Shown here in pieces: positions 62,892-64,000 of a stretch of 64,000 nt of DNA. The DNA is from an uncultured Pelagibacteraceae bacterium (lineage in GTDB: Bacteria; Pseudomonadota; Alphaproteobacteria; Pelagibacterales; Pelagibacteraceae). The position numbers were made by a program, and so were the translations under genes. The stretch lies in assembly GCA_902543535.1 (NCBI GenBank), contig CACBYG010000007.1, positions 3,746-67,745 on the forward strand. The letters are read 5' to 3'. How positions within the stretch are numbered: the stretch's first letter is position 1; every line of letters begins with the position of its first letter. Below the pieces are notes generated by a model that saw nothing but the letters and a program-made list of their open reading frames with translations, searched no databases and was not told where the DNA came from.

Positions 62892-64000
62892 ATGAAAACT
62901 CTTGTTATTGAATCTGCTTGGATAAGCCCTCATCTCGAGACAGCAGGTGAAATACTAATTAATCTTAAGAAACAAAACAAAAAAGTAAAATTTGCTTGGG
63001 TAGGAAATGATCTTAAATGGAATGATTATTCGATACCTAGCTTTTTATATGCACTAGGTTGTTCTCCTGAAAAAAGAGTTGATAAATTTATAAAAATTTT
63101 AAAAAAAAATAATATTGAAATTGTAAATTATAATGATCAACTTAATAAAATATTAATTGAGAAATGGTCAAATTCATTCAATGGAAATCTTAATGACCTT
63201 AAAGCTTTTAAGTATAAAAAATCAAATCTTGGTATGGGAATTGCGTCTTCACTCATTAGTCTCACAAATAACAAAAATTTTAATACGAATAGTTATAAAA
63301 AAAAAATAACTGGTTTTTTATATTCAAGTGCAATGGTTTATGAAAGAACAATTAAAATTTTAGATCATGAAAAACCAAATGTTGTTATTACTTTTAACAA
63401 TAGGCTGGGGTTATCCTTGCCAATTATTCAAGCTTGCAAAAAGAAAAATGTTAAGATTATCCGCCATGATAGAGGATCAAATTTTAAAAAATTTCATTTA
63501 TATGACTATGATATAAATGATCCAAGAAACCTTAAAAATATTTATTCTGATTGGAAAAAAAATAAAAATAAAAATAAAAATAAAATAGCAAAAAATTTTT
63601 TTAAAAAAAAATTTAATAGTACATTTTTAGATGAGATGAATAAAAATTTTACAAAAAATCAAATTAAAAACAGTAAACCAATTACTCCAAAAGGTAAAAA
63701 AATTATCACTTTTTTCTGTTCAACTGAATATGAGATTGAAGCTTATTTAAATTTGAAATTTAATCAAATGAAAGCATTCAAAAGATTTTTTTCTGAGGTT
63801 AAAAAAATAAAAAATTTTCATCTAATTATCAGAGTTCACCCTTCTTTATCAGGAAGAGAAGATCATATTTGGAAAAAATTTCAGTCAAAAAATGTAACAT
63901 TAGTTAAGGCCACTTCATCATATGACTCTTACGAAATAATGAAAAAATCCGATATTGTATGTGCCTATACAAGTAAAATTGTAATTGAATCCGCATATTT
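62892..64000 (+). CDS. capsule-biosynthesis-like GT-B protein (runs off right edge; not in ORF track)
   Basis: Open frame MKTLVIESAWISPHLET..., TFNNR, HDRG, FFCSTEYE, LIIRVHP, DSYEIM, YTSKIVIES. Confidence 0.7.
   Translation, partial: MKTLVIESAWISPHLETAGEILINLKKQNKKVKFAWVGNDLKWNDYSIPSFLYALGCSPEKRVDKFIKILKKNNIEIVNYNDQLNKILIEKWSNSFNGNLNDLKAFKYKKSNLGMGIASSLISLTNNKNFNTNSYKKKITGFLYSSAMVYERTIKILDHEKPNVVITFNNRLGLSLPIIQACKKKNVKIIRHDRGSNFKKFHLYDYDINDPRNLKNIYSDWKKNKNKNKNKIAKNFFKKKFNSTFLDEMNKNFTKNQIKNSKPITPKGKKIITFFCSTEYEIEAYLNLKFNQMKAFKRFFSEVKKIKNFHLIIRVHPSLSGREDHIWKKFQSKNVTLVKATSSYDSYEIMKKSDIVCAYTSKIVIESAY

Larger units (their letters stand above)
39225..64000. other. hypervariable surface-glycan island (SAR11 HVR2-like), continues past right edge
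   Basis: Begins beside the 5S gene, contains only glycan-related or membrane genes, is visibly more AT-rich, and switches strand often. Confidence 0.88.

Noticed and set aside
63555-63587. (AAAAAT)n repeat encoding KNKNKNK
   Set aside because: Low-complexity, in-frame, and expected at this AT content.

Overview
Very AT-rich, tightly packed bacterial chromosome segment. Gene content, order and a solitary 5S rRNA next to a glycan island identify it as SAR11/Pelagibacterales (Alphaproteobacteria). Positions 1-39.1 kb are mostly core genes: dxs-ispA-xseB, sua5 plus an ABC-2 pair, tRNA-Arg(UCG), rluD-rpoH, purA-thiD-glmM-folP-ftsH-tilS, tol-pal, a RuvC-like gene, yebC, ymdB, zapA, tkt-gap-pgk-fba-thiE-efp-suhB, rpmE, rpsU, tRNA-fMet, pntAB, two small genes missed by the ORF track (rpmJ, cytochrome oxidase subunit IV) and the 5S rRNA. 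From 39.2 kb to the right edge lies the 5S-proximal part of the hypervariable surface-glycan island (HVR2-like). Best leads: (1) an orphan 5S with its own predicted promoter that appears to head an mRNA operon; (2) a lipid-linked periplasmic glycosylation system with one GtrB-like enzyme and four unrelated GT-C-like membrane proteins; (3) an Fe-S-free RfbH-like dehydratase completing a split CDP-dideoxyhexose pathway; (4) a probable ATT start for rpsU, directly upstream of tRNA-fMet; (5) an NADP-type GAPDH; (6) a MOC1/phage-type resolvase replacing ruvCAB. No CRISPR array, integrase or transposase was seen. All calls are by-eye motif recognition, with no database searches.
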